From the IMG/VR virus record IMGVR_UViG_3300009509_000006, positions 1-64,000 of that record: a stretch of DNA of 64,000 bases; one strand, written 5' to 3'. Shown here in pieces: positions 35,661 to 46,127 of the stretch (positions are counted from its first letter, which is position 1; each line of letters opens with the position of its first letter). The notes under the pieces were generated by a model that worked only from the letters and a program-made list of their open reading frames with translations, ran no database searches and had not been told where the DNA came from. The DNA comes from a virus. Both the position numbers and the translations under genes were made by a program.

Positions 35661-37841
35661 TCAGGAGGCTTCTACGGTAACTGCCGTGACAGATCCGCGG
35701 GTCACGACCTCCCCGGATTCAACGATCAGGTTGCCCTTCGCGTCGAGCTTGTCCGTCAGCGTGCTCGATCCCTCCAGGTACCCTTCGATCGTTATGTTCA
35801 CGTATCTAACCCCCGCCGTGCCCTTGAACGCATTGTAGAACTCGTCCAGGTACAGGCTCGCAGCGAAGGCTCGGTCACGGAGCACACCTTCGGCAAGAGC
35901 CGTCAGAGTCGCCTTCAAGACGTCGAGTGAGTAGCCAGTCAAGATCCCGGCTCGGATCGAGACAACAGCGGGGACGAGGTAGTCTTCTCCCGAGACGACT
36001 CGAACGGACTGCGTCGTTTCCTTTCGAGCCTCGAGGTACGCTTGCAGAGAGCGCACCAGGGCGGTCGTTGGCGTCGTGTAGAAGCCCCCAGCATCCCTGG
36101 TCAGGATCGGGACGGTGATGAGATTCGATTTGCAGTCTGCCGACAAGAGCCGGTCAATGTGGTCAAAGATCTCTTCTGTGTAGCCCTCGACGAGGCTCGA
36201 GACGTCCTGGACCGCCGTGTCTATGTCCTCGAGGTCTTCGTAGATGCCCGTTGGCGGAGGCCCGGGCTCGCCCGCTTCGGTCTCGATGAGAGTCCGCTCG
36301 GTCTCGAGTGTGTCCAGGAGCGAGTCGGCCTGAGCTACAGTCAGACCAATCGCGAAGGCCCGGTCCCGCGCCTGGCCCATCACGGTGATCTCGTTGTCGA
36401 CACCCGTCCAGATCACAGCCGAAGCCGTCAGGATGTCCCCGGCCGAACCGTCGATCGAATCGAAGTAGGCCTTGAGCGCATTCTTGTCCGCGGTGGTCAA
36501 CTGTGACGTCGTCGGGTCGTCAGCGATGGCATCGACGGCTGCTTTTCCGTCCGTCACCTTACCCTGAATGTGGACCGCTCCGGCATCGACCTCGTTCGCC
36601 TTGTTCTTGACGACGCGCCCGTCTGCGATAGCGCCCTGGAGCCCCGTGTCGATCCCCGTCGTCTCCGTCGCAATGTCCGTCAAGCGGTCGGTGATCACGC
36701 CGAGCGCCGTCCGAATCAAGTCCAGAGCGGCCTCGGAGTCCGCAACGGCTTGTGTGACTGTAGGCTCGGGCTCCTGCACCGTGTTGTTGATGTCCTGGAG
36801 CAGGCTGCGCAGCGTCAAGTCCTGCTGAGCGGACCGAGCGGACAGAGCTCGAGCGACAGCGACTCGCCCAGCCACGGGATCCGTGTAGGCGCCCGCGAGG
36901 CTCTCGTAGTCCTCTTGTGTGACCGCAACCTTCCGGCTCTTCCATACCTTCGGGGCATTCGCCTTTGCTTGCTCCAGTGTTTCTGGGTCGTCTCCTCCCT
37001 TCGAGCCCTCCGGGTTGGTGACCGTCATAGGGATCGTTTGGAAGCCAATCACCAGAGGCGTGATTACCGCCGTGATTGTCCCGCTCGAAACCTGCCCGGC
37101 CTTGCCCCGCGAGGCCACGTAAACAGCAACGATCGTCGCATTCGTCGCCGGGATGTTTCCGGCCAGGGCGTTGCCAAACGCGAGAGTCGGGGGAGTGTCG
37201 ATGTAGGCGATCTCGAACTGGTCCGAGGCCTCGAAGACCAGCACTTCGTTCTCTACCCAGGCAGCGCCATCGACGGAGACAGCGACGCCCTGGACGATGT
37301 ACTTGTCCTCTGGAACCCGCCGCAGCTGAAAGACCTGGTTTGCACCACCATCGGAAACGAAGGTCTCTGTGACGGTCTCGCCCTCGTAGGCAGGGACTAC
37401 CTTGACAGTTTCGCCGGGCGAGAAGATCACCTCTTCGGCAGCTTCGAAGATCAAGCCGTCCGGGCCGAGGAACTGGAATCCCGGGTGGATAGGGACGTCG
37501 AAGGCATATGTCGAGTTCAACGTCACCTGCAGGTCCACCGAGCTCGCAATCGCGGGGCTGATCTTGTAACCCAGCTGGCGCGCCAGGAGCGTGACGGCTC
37601 TCGGTGTCCGAGCGGTCCCGATGAACATATCGGTCACGCGCCGGTCGAGATAGAAGCTCAGCGTGTCAAGCGCGAAAGCTGTGTGGTCGAACAGCAGCGT
37701 TCCCAGGCTGCCAACCGTGAAGTCGTTGAAGATCGCAGCGAATCGCACCTGCGTGCGCGCGCGGAGCTCGTCGAGATGCGAGTCGAAGTCGAAGCCGACA
37801 TACGACACCCGGTTCAAGTCGGTTCTGGCCATGAGGCTCAC
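35661..37841 (-). CDS. Baseplate wedge protein (baseplate J/T4 gp6-like) with long helical insertion
   Basis: YVGFDFDSHLDEL…LSFYLD…LGYK…SDGGANQVF…FGN…GNIP…GGDDPET…AVTQEDY. Confidence 0.9.
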   Translation of the reverse strand: MSLMARTDLNRVSYVGFDFDSHLDELRARTQVRFAAIFNDFTVGSLGTLLFDHTAFALDTLSFYLDRRVTDMFIGTARTPRAVTLLARQLGYKISPAIASSVDLQVTLNSTYAFDVPIHPGFQFLGPDGLIFEAAEEVIFSPGETVKVVPAYEGETVTETFVSDGGANQVFQLRRVPEDKYIVQGVAVSVDGAAWVENEVLVFEASDQFEIAYIDTPPTLAFGNALAGNIPATNATIVAVYVASRGKAGQVSSGTITAVITPLVIGFQTIPMTVTNPEGSKGGDDPETLEQAKANAPKVWKSRKVAVTQEDYESLAGAYTDPVAGRVAVARALSARSAQQDLTLRSLLQDINNTVQEPEPTVTQAVADSEAALDLIRTALGVITDRLTDIATETTGIDTGLQGAIADGRVVKNKANEVDAGAVHIQGKVTDGKAAVDAIADDPTTSQLTTADKNALKAYFDSIDGSAGDILTASAVIWTGVDNEITVMGQARDRAFAIGLTVAQADSLLDTLETERTLIETEAGEPGPPPTGIYEDLEDIDTAVQDVSSLVEGYTEEIFDHIDRLLSADCKSNLITVPILTRDAGGFYTTPTTALVRSLQAYLEARKETTQSVRVVSGEDYLVPAVVSIRAGILTGYSLDVLKATLTALAEGVLRDRAFAASLYLDEFYNAFKGTAGVRYVNITIEGYLEGSSTLTDKLDAKGNLIVESGEVVTRGSVTAVTVEAS

Positions 37842-38218
37842 CCGATGGGAAGTGGAATCAGCACTTGATCGGCCTGCCCGGTAGACCGCACCGCGTAGTC
37901 GATCTGAACGATGATCTCATTATCGTACCGATCGATCGAGACGTTTCGAAGTATGACGCGAGGCTCATAGCGGCCAACGACCGTCAAGACTTCCGTTCGG
38001 ATGTTCTCCGCTAGCAGCACGTCGTTGTTCTCGAACACGAACCGGAGGGACTGCGTCCCCGCGGCGCGTCGCATAACACGCTGACCTCGAGACATCCTGA
38101 ACAGCCGTGTCAGGTCCACGGCGACCAAGTCGAGATCCGAAGAGGGCAAGGGGAACTGCGACCCCTCTTTCCGAAAGGGCCAAGCGAAGCCCCGCGTGAT
38201 GGTAGAGTTCGTGGCCAT
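37838..38218 (-). CDS. gp25: Baseplate protein, GPW/gp25 family
   Basis: GFAWPF…GQRVMR…VFE…RYEPRV; start ATG 38218 overlaps the upstream TAA. Confidence 0.88.
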   Translation of the reverse strand: MATNSTITRGFAWPFRKEGSQFPLPSSDLDLVAVDLTRLFRMSRGQRVMRRAAGTQSLRFVFENNDVLLAENIRTEVLTVVGRYEPRVILRNVSIDRYDNEIIVQIDYAVRSTGQADQVLIPLPIG

Positions 38219-38589
38219 TACAAGAGGTCCAGGGGGCATAGGGGGAGTGCCGGGAGCTGCGGGAATGGGATCGTGAACGAGAACGAGAAATTCAGCGAGA
38301 TGAAAGGCAGTGTGATCGTCGGCAACTGGGGCAACGGGATGTTCAGGTCAAACGAGGGAAGGGCCGGGAGCTGCGGGAATGGGATCGTGAACGAGAACGA
38401 GAGGTTCAACGATATGAACGGCAACGTGATCGTGGGCAGCTTTGGGAGCGGGATGTTCAGGTCGAAGGAAGGCAGGGCCGGCAGCTGAGGGAATGGGATC
38501 TCAAGGCTCAACGAGATGGATAGTGAGGGCAGAGCCGGCAGCTTGATCGTCGGCGGGAACGGCGGGAATTTGCATAGCGTATCAGCCAT
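38218..38589 (-). CDS. Pro/Leu/Phe-rich repeat protein next to the spike
   Basis: Start ATG 38589 (MADTLCKFPPF…), coupled at both ends; 38-aa tandem repeats. Confidence 0.75.
   Translation of the reverse strand: MADTLCKFPPFPPTIKLPALPSLSISLSLEIPFPQLPALPSFDLNIPLPKLPTITLPFISLNLSFSFTIPFPQLPALPSFDLNIPLPQLPTITLPFISLNFSFSFTIPFPQLPALPLCPLDLL
38249..38515. repeat. 114-bp tandem repeat (about 2.3 copies) encoding IPFPQLPALPSFDLNIPLPxLPTITLPFISLNxSFSFT
   Basis: GCCGGGAGCTGCGGGAATGGGATCGTGAACGAGAACGAG recurs at about 38249 and 38363; third partial copy at about 38477. Confidence 0.85.
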
Positions 38590-39080
38590 CAGATCACAGT
38601 CACAGGAGTGTTCGAAGGGAGCAGAACCATGGGGATCCCTACCGTAGCAGCATGCAAGCACGCGGCAACCCCAGCAGCTGCCGTCTCAGCTGTGTTCCCG
38701 ATGTTCGCAAAGATCCCGGTGAGGCACGGCACGAGCCCAGCGACTCCAGGAACAGCCACTGGCGCTCCAGAGTCCGCGCCCGCAGTGAACACGACAGGGG
38801 GCAAGGTCCAGAAAGTGGTCAGAGCGGTCACGAAGGCTTGCGCTGCCGTCGCCGGGCTGCCGGTCTTGGGCTCGGTCCAAGTTGCGATGAGCGTGCCACG
38901 GAAGAGCTCGGGCTCCAATCCTGTGAACAGCGGTGTCGCTGGCGTCGGCACGGTAGTAGCTTGCGCAGCGTAGTCCGCATACGCCTTCGCCCACTTGTCC
39001 GCCGTATCGAACAGGACCTTCGGGGGGTTCTGGAAAATCGATCTCAGAGCGTTCTCAAGCGTAGCTACTACCAGAGGCAT
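38589..39080 (-). CDS. Hydrophobic spike-adjacent hypothetical protein
   Basis: GAGG RBS; Ala/Thr/Pro-rich; lies between the spike and gp25. Confidence 0.75.
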   Translation of the reverse strand: MPLVVATLENALRSIFQNPPKVLFDTADKWAKAYADYAAQATTVPTPATPLFTGLEPELFRGTLIATWTEPKTGSPATAAQAFVTALTTFWTLPPVVFTAGADSGAPVAVPGVAGLVPCLTGIFANIGNTAETAAAGVAACLHAATVGIPMVLLPSNTPVTVI

Positions 39081-39081
39081 G

Positions 39082-40014
39082 TCACCTCGTCTTGACGGAT
39101 TGGGAGAGCATAGCGGGAAGCGCGGGCTCGATCGGAGGGCCGGAGGGCCCTGTACCTGTGGGATGCTGGTGCTTGTTAAGCCAGGTCAGGAGGTCCTCTC
39201 CGAAGACGAGAGACTTGCTCGCCCCGTCACCAATCGCAACCGTGCCGCCTTTGATGTTCACGGTGGGGCCGGTCAGGTGGATATTCTTGCTCGCCGTGAC
39301 TGAGCACTCGCCGTTCGCGAGCAGCACGTAGTTGCCTGCCTTGTCCACCATCTGCACGCCGGAAGAGTTCAGTGTGATCGTGTTGCCATTCTGGTCCATG
39401 ATCGTGATGTTGCCGTCCGTGGCATTCATGTTGATGTTGGACCCCTCCTTGTTCACGAGCTGGATCGACCCGTCTTCGTTGAAGCTCAGGAACGAATACT
39501 CGCCCTGCGTTCGGTCTGCCGATTCCTTCGGGTCTGTGAGGGCGGGGTCTCCAGGGTCGGGCTTGTGCCACAACAGGCGAACCCGTTCGTTCCCGGGTTC
39601 GTCATTGAACACGAGCAGGTGCCCCATGCGCGTGACCATCCCACGCCGCTGCGGGACGGAGTTCGAATACTGGAACTCTACTGGGAGGTCTCTGGGGTCG
39701 TAGCCGAACCAGCCGCCGTAGTAGACATCCGGTTTCGACGGGTCACCGCACTCGAAGCACACACGCACGGCGTCGCCAACCTCGGGCGGCCAGAAGTTCC
39801 CGCGATCGTCTCCAGCACCGGCGAAGGCTGGGTCGATCCACAGATCGAGAGCCTGATCCTGCCCAACTGCCGGGCAGACTGCCTGGATCCGGCCTCGCTC
39901 CTCTGGGTCGTCGTTGCGAGTTACTATCGCTCTGTAGTCCCCGTAGTAACGGCGGAAAGCCTCCAGGCCCGCTCGAGCGAGGCGCTCCAGGAAAGCTCCG
40001 AGTGCTGTTGCCAT
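39082..40014 (-). CDS. Baseplate central spike (gpV/gp5 OB-fold plus beta-helix)
   Basis: YYGDYRAIV…DDPEERGRIQ…PPEVGDAVRVCFECGDP; C-terminal HQH metal-binding tip. Confidence 0.92.
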   Translation of the reverse strand: MATALGAFLERLARAGLEAFRRYYGDYRAIVTRNDDPEERGRIQAVCPAVGQDQALDLWIDPAFAGAGDDRGNFWPPEVGDAVRVCFECGDPSKPDVYYGGWFGYDPRDLPVEFQYSNSVPQRRGMVTRMGHLLVFNDEPGNERVRLLWHKPDPGDPALTDPKESADRTQGEYSFLSFNEDGSIQLVNKEGSNINMNATDGNITIMDQNGNTITLNSSGVQMVDKAGNYVLLANGECSVTASKNIHLTGPTVNIKGGTVAIGDGASKSLVFGEDLLTWLNKHQHPTGTGPSGPPIEPALPAMLSQSVKTR

Positions 40015-40023
40015 AGCGCACCT

Positions 40024-41463
40024 CTACCCAAGTGCAATGGGCTCGACCTCGACGTAGTCGTACTGCGTGGAGTCGAAATCTTGACTCCCGACCTTGCCCT
40101 TCGACCTGATGCTCGATGGCAGGAACTGCTCACCAAGATTCGACGTGTTACTGATACAGGACACCGTCATCTCTGCGCCGCTCGCCCCGATCGTGTAGGA
40201 GACCTTCAAAGCTCCGTACAGAGTAGCGTCGTGCCGATTCGAGATACCGATCACCTTGGCGATGTCGCCCGGAAAGAACTGCGGGTCCATCAGAGTCGTG
40301 ATCTCAAGCTCGATGCCCATCCCGGATGTCATCGCGTCGTATTCGGACTTGGCCGCATCCAAGACCCTGGACCGCTCCGGGTTGCCCGGATAGAAGTCGC
40401 CTCCGTCACCCGAGTCGCTCTCCGCCGGGTAGGAATCCGTGGCCTCGGCCTGGGTGGCGGCGTCCGCCGTCCGGCCCACCAACGCGATCGCATCGTTCAC
40501 GAAGTGCTGGAGCAGCTTCCGGGACGAGGAGGTGATGTCCCTGAGCAGAACACCCCTGCAAGCTCCAGGCGCGTACACGGCGTTCGTAGGGCTGTCTACG
40601 CTGAGGATCGGGAAGACCCCCTCGACCGGCCCGACAACACCACCAGGGAAGTCGAACAGGCGGAAGGCCCGCTTGATCTCACCGGAGAAGAGCCGATTGA
40701 CCGGGAAGATATGAATCGTGTTCTCCACCAGGGTCATGGTGCACCGAGCCTCGCGCACCAGGTTCCACACGAAAGCCCAGTCCGAGAGATAGCCCTGGGC
40801 GATGCACTCCTTGTTGATCTTCAGGAGGCTGAGCGGACTGTCGGGCTGAATTCCGGCTCCGGCCTCCGCAGTCACCAAGTCCGCGTTGACCTCGAGGTTG
40901 CGCTTGATCGCCCTGTCACCCGAGGGTTGGATCGTCTCCCACGCGCCCCTTTCAATCTCGACCTCTGCGGCCAGCTGCGAGGATGTCGGGCCCTTGATCA
41001 CGGTCTCGATGATCTCGAGCCGAGTCTTGTTGTTGAACGTGCGGCCAGAGTGCTGCCGCAGCGCCGAGTAGCCGCCGGTGCCCTGTGCCGTCAGCGTGAT
41101 CCCGACGTCGATTCCTGTCGAGACTTCTGGGGGTAGCAGGATCCCCGTGTAGACCGGCGAGAGCACGATGCCCTCGGGCGCTCCGGCCGAGTAGCCGAAC
41201 TGAACTTCCAGACTCGAGACGCCCCACTCAATGAGCGGCGAATTGATGAAGGCCTGGCCATCCCGAAACGTCGGGGAGAGCGTCGCGGTGATTCGTGGCA
41301 CCTCGCCGAGCTCGAGGTCGACAGTCAAGTTCTCGAGGAAGGGCAGCGCTGGCGGCACATCGGGGCCGAGGTCCGGCACGTTGGTCCACAGGGGCACGCG
41401 ACCGAGCGGGCTGTCGATCACGGCGATTGCAATCGGAGAGTAGTAGTCGAAGACGCCAGGCAT
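40024..41463 (-). CDS. Baseplate hub protein (gpD/gp27-like)
   Basis: Position between LysM and spike; VQFGY, QGYLSDWAFVWNL, DPQFFPG…IGISNRHD. Confidence 0.8.
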   Translation of the reverse strand: MPGVFDYYSPIAIAVIDSPLGRVPLWTNVPDLGPDVPPALPFLENLTVDLELGEVPRITATLSPTFRDGQAFINSPLIEWGVSSLEVQFGYSAGAPEGIVLSPVYTGILLPPEVSTGIDVGITLTAQGTGGYSALRQHSGRTFNNKTRLEIIETVIKGPTSSQLAAEVEIERGAWETIQPSGDRAIKRNLEVNADLVTAEAGAGIQPDSPLSLLKINKECIAQGYLSDWAFVWNLVREARCTMTLVENTIHIFPVNRLFSGEIKRAFRLFDFPGGVVGPVEGVFPILSVDSPTNAVYAPGACRGVLLRDITSSSRKLLQHFVNDAIALVGRTADAATQAEATDSYPAESDSGDGGDFYPGNPERSRVLDAAKSEYDAMTSGMGIELEITTLMDPQFFPGDIAKVIGISNRHDATLYGALKVSYTIGASGAEMTVSCISNTSNLGEQFLPSSIRSKGKVGSQDFDSTQYDYVEVEPIALG

Positions 41464-41506
41464 GTCCGGTACACGTACCGTTTAGTGGGTGAAATGATTG
41501 TCAAGG

Positions 41507-41821
41507 TCAGAACTTCGCGAACTTCTTCCTCATCTCCTGGAGCACGTATCGGGGCGACGGGATCCGGATCGTCTCGCCCTGATTCAGGTCGGTAGGCTCG
41601 ATCTCCATGCCATTGGCAGCAGCGATCACATGCTTGTAGAGCTCGGCACCGTAGTACCGGAAAGCAAGGGCGTCGAGCGTGTCGGCGGCAAGCACAACGT
41701 ACTGGATGTCGTCTGGCTGATCGGGGATGTCGGGGTACTCGATCATACCCCAGAACTCGAAGCCGTCGATCTTGAAGATCTCTCCGAAGCGCAATCGGCT
41801 ATCCACTCGTACCCGTGGCAT
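41507..41821 (-). CDS. LysM/tail X (gp53-like) baseplate protein
   Basis: YVVLAADTLDALAFRYYG…VIAAANG…GETIRIP. Confidence 0.88.
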   Translation of the reverse strand: MPRVRVDSRLRFGEIFKIDGFEFWGMIEYPDIPDQPDDIQYVVLAADTLDALAFRYYGAELYKHVIAAANGMEIEPTDLNQGETIRIPSPRYVLQEMRKKFAKF

Positions 41822-41822
41822 G

Positions 41823-44800
41823 TCACCCTCTTGTTCGGGTCATGTTGCCGCTCCGAGCAACCCCGGTCTCGAAAGCCCCGCTCTCTCGTGCCGTCGAAGA
41901 TGCCGTCTTGAGCCGCGCGCCTTGCTTTCGGGGTGTCGCTTTCGCTCCAGAGGCCTCGACAGCCGCGATCAGCCGCTCGAATTTGACCTTGTAGTCCTCG
42001 TACCATTTCGGGAAATGGATGGCCTGGTACATGGCCTCATCAATGCTCAAGCCATCGAGTGGAGGAACCTCGGCCGGGGTAGGCGTTACTGCCGCTTCGA
42101 CACCTGCCTGGAGTTCCTGTGCGGAACTCGCGATGCGCTCCAGGGCAGCCAGGGCCATGCGCGCCGAATCCAGGTCTGCCATGATGGCAGTGACCGCCGT
42201 GTCCGTCATGTCGAGGATGTTGCCCCACGCGGTTCCCCAGCTGACCTGGATGTCTGTCGCGAGGCCCTCGAACTTGCTCGCCATGCTGTTCGTGAAAGCG
42301 CTCGTGATACCGATCATGCCGGTCTGCCACAAGGACCAGATCTGCATGGCGGTGTTGGTATCGTCTGAGATGATCCGCGACAGAGTCGGATCCGGCTCTG
42401 ACACAACGACCTGCAGGGGAACCTTGAGGGGCTCGCCCGGCGAATCCGGCGACCCGCCCATCCCGGACAGCCCGGTCGTGATGTTCGCTCTCAGCATAGC
42501 GAGGGATGCAGACATCCATGTGGTGAGTGTGGGCCAAGATTCCTGGAATCCAAGCAAGAGTTCCCCGACAAAGCCGCCGCCCACCTTGGACAGCTTGCTC
42601 AATGGACTGCTCGAGTCTTCGGGTGGCGAGCTCCAGGGCAAGTACTCCATCAAACCGTCCAACTTCTCGGTCAAGAAGTTCTTGACGTCCTCCCATTTCT
42701 TCTCGAGACCTTCCAGGAATTGGCCAATGAACCCGACCGCGGCGTTGTACATGGCTGCGCCGGCGCTGATCACGGGTGTGATGAACGTCCCCGTCACCCA
42801 GTCCCCGATTGTCGACAACGCATCGCTGATCGGTTGCACGATGTAGGCTTGGACAGAGCTCGAGACCCATTCTGGCAACGTGGCCAGCCAGTTGATGGCG
42901 TTGAAGAACGCGGTCTGGAACGACGAGGCGACATCCGTGATCAGTTCCTTCAGAGCAGTGAAGTGTGTGGAGGCGCCCTCGACCAGGGTCGTGATGATCT
43001 CGGAGAAGAAGGACAGGAAGCTGTCAAGCACCTCACCCATGAAAGCGAAGGCGCTCGCGAACCAGTCAGGGATGATCGACTCACCGAACAGCCAATTCCA
43101 GATTCCGGTCAGCCAATCGCTGAACGCCTGCCACCCCTGCTTCCATGTGTCGAGAAGCGAGTTCATGAAGTCGAAGACAAGGCCAACGCTTTCCTTCAAG
43201 CCATCCCAAGAGTCCGAAATCTTCGTGACGACATTGCGCATAACAGCGCCGACGGCGGGGAAACGCCGCTCGAACCATTCGGTGATCCCCTTGAGCACAC
43301 CAATGACGAGGTCTCCGACAAGCTTGATTCCTGCCCAAGCCAATTCTGGAATCATTGCGAACAGCGAGGGGATATACTTGATCACCTTCAGGGGTGCATC
43401 GACGAACAAGAACTTCCAAGCACTGAGCGCGAAGTCGATGAGGATGGGCATGGCCGTTGGAAGAAACGACCGCAACTCATCCCCGAGGGTGTCCGCAATC
43501 CCACTCACGATGGGGCCGAGATTCCCAAAGAAGCCCAGTATGATCTCCAGAGCCTGGTTCGCCCAGATGGGGATCTGGCCGAGCAGCGACTGGACGAACG
43601 GAAGCACGGCATAGAGAGCCGAGAAAGCGACACCGATCGCCATCTCAGTGAAAGTCCCGTACAGGGCCGCCAAATCCAAGCCACCGAGGAACGCGAAGGC
43701 GCTGTTCACGAACGTGATGAGGGCCTGCCCGACCGTCCCGGCGGCACTGAGCAGCGCCACGACCACCTTCGAGATCGCACCCTCAACAGCATCACTCAAG
43801 AGAAATCCGAGCACGCTCTCGACGGTACCGAAGGCAGTGTCGAAGATGCTCTGCCACGGGATCTTCGATACCAGTGCCTTCAACGCGCCGGATACCGTCG
43901 TGTAGTAGCTCACCACGAGCGGGAGGGCCCTCTGCACGCCATCCCCTATGAACGTCATGAGCTGCTGGCCGGCGGACCGGAGCGCCATCCCGATCGATTC
44001 CCAGTCGATCCCTTGGAGCATCAGGCCGAAGAGCTTGAGGCCACCGTAGACGACGCCGAAGAGCGCCTTGGCGATGCCGACCCACGGCAGGTTCGCTACG
44101 AAGTTCACGAGCGTCACGAAGGCCTTCCCAAGGAAGTCCCCAATGCGCCCCATCACAGAGCCCCAGTCGAGCTTGGCGAGGCTGCGGTAGAGCCCGCCGA
44201 ACACCATTCGGAAGGTCTCGACGAACAGCTCGATAGCTTTGCCGACTTTGGTCTTTGCTCCGCGCGTAGGATCGAACACCGCGAGGATCTCGTCCCACAC
44301 GATAGCCATGCGCCCTGGAGCACCCTTGGCCTCGCCGACGAAGTCCGCAATCAGGTTGTCCCAGAAGTTCTCCCAACCGCCGAACACCCACTCGATAAGA
44401 TAGGCCTGTCGGTACAGGTAATCCCCTAGCTCAGACAGAGCGTCGACAGCCATGTCAAAAGCCGCAACGAGCACCTCACCAACTACTCTCGCCACCTTCT
44501 TGACGTCCTCGACCATTATCTCGAGGGCCTCGGACGTCGTTTTGCCCTGTGCCTTCAGGTCCGCGAAGCGAATCAGGCCGATACCCATGACTGCCGTGAG
44601 GGCGCCCCAGGGGCTGATGAGGTCGTCGAGCTTGATGCCCATCGCACCGAGAGCAGTCAGCGCCGGCGCGATCTCCCCGACCACCCGGCCGAACAGGATC
44701 GACATGGGTTGGAGCGTCTTCGGGATGAAGGCCTGCACTCCGATCTGGTGTACCTCGGAAAGCTTCTCGATGAGCCCACCCATCGGGCCGCCTTCCTTGA

Positions 44801-46118
44801 CGATCTCGGTGAGCCGCTGGTTGAACTTCTTGAACTCCTTTGCCGAGTCCCGGACGAATTCCCGCGCGGCAGGCCGAGCGATCTTGCGGAAGCCGTGCTC
44901 GAACGATTCGATCGCGCGGTCGTAGCGCTCTTGCAGGGTCAAACCAGAGCTGTGCGCCTCCCTTCCGAGCTTCCCGAGGTCCACGGTAGCGGTCTGGATG
45001 CTGCTCATCAGGTCGAGCGTTTTGTCGTCCGCGTGCTCCAGGAACATGAGGAAGTCACCACCAATCTCCTCACCGAAGGCCTTCTGCATTTGCGTGCGGA
45101 GGTAGTTGACTGCCCCGGGTTGATCGTGGAGCATCTGCTCCCAACCACCGGCATTCTTGACGAGCTTGTTGAGCGCGATGCCGAATTCTGCGGGACCCTG
45201 TTTTAAGGCATCCATGGCGAACTGGACGTCGCCCGTCGAGCTCGTGAGACGCGAGAGCATCTCTGGTAGTTGCTTGCCCTCCCCAGCCAGCATGTCCTGA
45301 AACTGTTGCCGCTGCTCGGTCATCGCGTTGGCAAGGCCGAGAGCCTTCTCCCTCGCAACGTCAGAATCCTGCGAGAACTTGAACATGCCCGCGGACAACG
45401 CCATCGTCTGCTGCGCAAACGCCTTGGCCTGCTCGGGCGAGTCGCCGAGCAGCCTGCGCTGCTGCATCAGGTCCGTGAACTCCTTCATCTGATTGAACGC
45501 AGCGCCAATGTCTCCTTGGACTACGCCCATGGCATGCAGAGAGCCTACGAACTGCGCAACCCCCTCTTCGCTCAGACCCACCTCGCGCGTCATGCGCATT
45601 GTCTGGTTCCGGATCAGGTCTGCGGATACGCCAAAGCCTTCGGCGAACCGAGCAACGTCTTTGGCGCCCTCGAGCCCGAGGGCCCGAAGCTCGTCGCCGG
45701 CCTCTTTGAAGGCACGAAGGGACTCGGCGGCAGTCTTGACATCCGTGTTGAGCGAATATGCCATGCCCGCGGCCTTACCGGTGAAGTCCTTGAGCTCATC
45801 CCCGGTGAAGCCGAAGTTGGCACCCATGGCGCGGGCCTCCTTGCCCATACTCGCCATCTGCGATTCTAGCGACGTCGACAGGTTGATCCCTGTTTCAGCC
45901 GAGCTCGCGATGTCGCCGATCTTGTCCTTCAGCATGCCGACCGACTGCAAGAAGGTCTGCATCTTGAGCTGCCCGAGCATTGACTTCGTGGCGTCGCCCA
46001 CGCCTCGAACAGCCCTTGAAACCGCTTCGAATCCCGCGCTGATCTTGTCCTGCATCCCGAGCAGGCCCTTGTCCTTCGCACCGAAGGAGAAGCCCAATCC
46101 CATAAAATTCAGCGCCAT
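41823..46118 (-). CDS. Tape measure protein
   Basis: 1431 aa; helical; periodic Trp/Phe repeats and hydrophobic middle; follows the chaperone gene. Confidence 0.92.
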   Translation of the reverse strand: MALNFMGLGFSFGAKDKGLLGMQDKISAGFEAVSRAVRGVGDATKSMLGQLKMQTFLQSVGMLKDKIGDIASSAETGINLSTSLESQMASMGKEARAMGANFGFTGDELKDFTGKAAGMAYSLNTDVKTAAESLRAFKEAGDELRALGLEGAKDVARFAEGFGVSADLIRNQTMRMTREVGLSEEGVAQFVGSLHAMGVVQGDIGAAFNQMKEFTDLMQQRRLLGDSPEQAKAFAQQTMALSAGMFKFSQDSDVAREKALGLANAMTEQRQQFQDMLAGEGKQLPEMLSRLTSSTGDVQFAMDALKQGPAEFGIALNKLVKNAGGWEQMLHDQPGAVNYLRTQMQKAFGEEIGGDFLMFLEHADDKTLDLMSSIQTATVDLGKLGREAHSSGLTLQERYDRAIESFEHGFRKIARPAAREFVRDSAKEFKKFNQRLTEIVKEGGPMGGLIEKLSEVHQIGVQAFIPKTLQPMSILFGRVVGEIAPALTALGAMGIKLDDLISPWGALTAVMGIGLIRFADLKAQGKTTSEALEIMVEDVKKVARVVGEVLVAAFDMAVDALSELGDYLYRQAYLIEWVFGGWENFWDNLIADFVGEAKGAPGRMAIVWDEILAVFDPTRGAKTKVGKAIELFVETFRMVFGGLYRSLAKLDWGSVMGRIGDFLGKAFVTLVNFVANLPWVGIAKALFGVVYGGLKLFGLMLQGIDWESIGMALRSAGQQLMTFIGDGVQRALPLVVSYYTTVSGALKALVSKIPWQSIFDTAFGTVESVLGFLLSDAVEGAISKVVVALLSAAGTVGQALITFVNSAFAFLGGLDLAALYGTFTEMAIGVAFSALYAVLPFVQSLLGQIPIWANQALEIILGFFGNLGPIVSGIADTLGDELRSFLPTAMPILIDFALSAWKFLFVDAPLKVIKYIPSLFAMIPELAWAGIKLVGDLVIGVLKGITEWFERRFPAVGAVMRNVVTKISDSWDGLKESVGLVFDFMNSLLDTWKQGWQAFSDWLTGIWNWLFGESIIPDWFASAFAFMGEVLDSFLSFFSEIITTLVEGASTHFTALKELITDVASSFQTAFFNAINWLATLPEWVSSSVQAYIVQPISDALSTIGDWVTGTFITPVISAGAAMYNAAVGFIGQFLEGLEKKWEDVKNFLTEKLDGLMEYLPWSSPPEDSSSPLSKLSKVGGGFVGELLLGFQESWPTLTTWMSASLAMLRANITTGLSGMGGSPDSPGEPLKVPLQVVVSEPDPTLSRIISDDTNTAMQIWSLWQTGMIGITSAFTNSMASKFEGLATDIQVSWGTAWGNILDMTDTAVTAIMADLDSARMALAALERIASSAQELQAGVEAAVTPTPAEVPPLDGLSIDEAMYQAIHFPKWYEDYKVKFERLIAAVEASGAKATPRKQGARLKTASSTARESGAFETGVARSGNMTRTRG

Positions 46119-46127
46119 GTGCCTCCC

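Noticed and set aside
41470-41504. Perfect TTGACA upstream of the hub gene
   Set aside because: No acceptable -10 hexamer at 16-18 nt spacing; not called a promoter, though it may be regulatory
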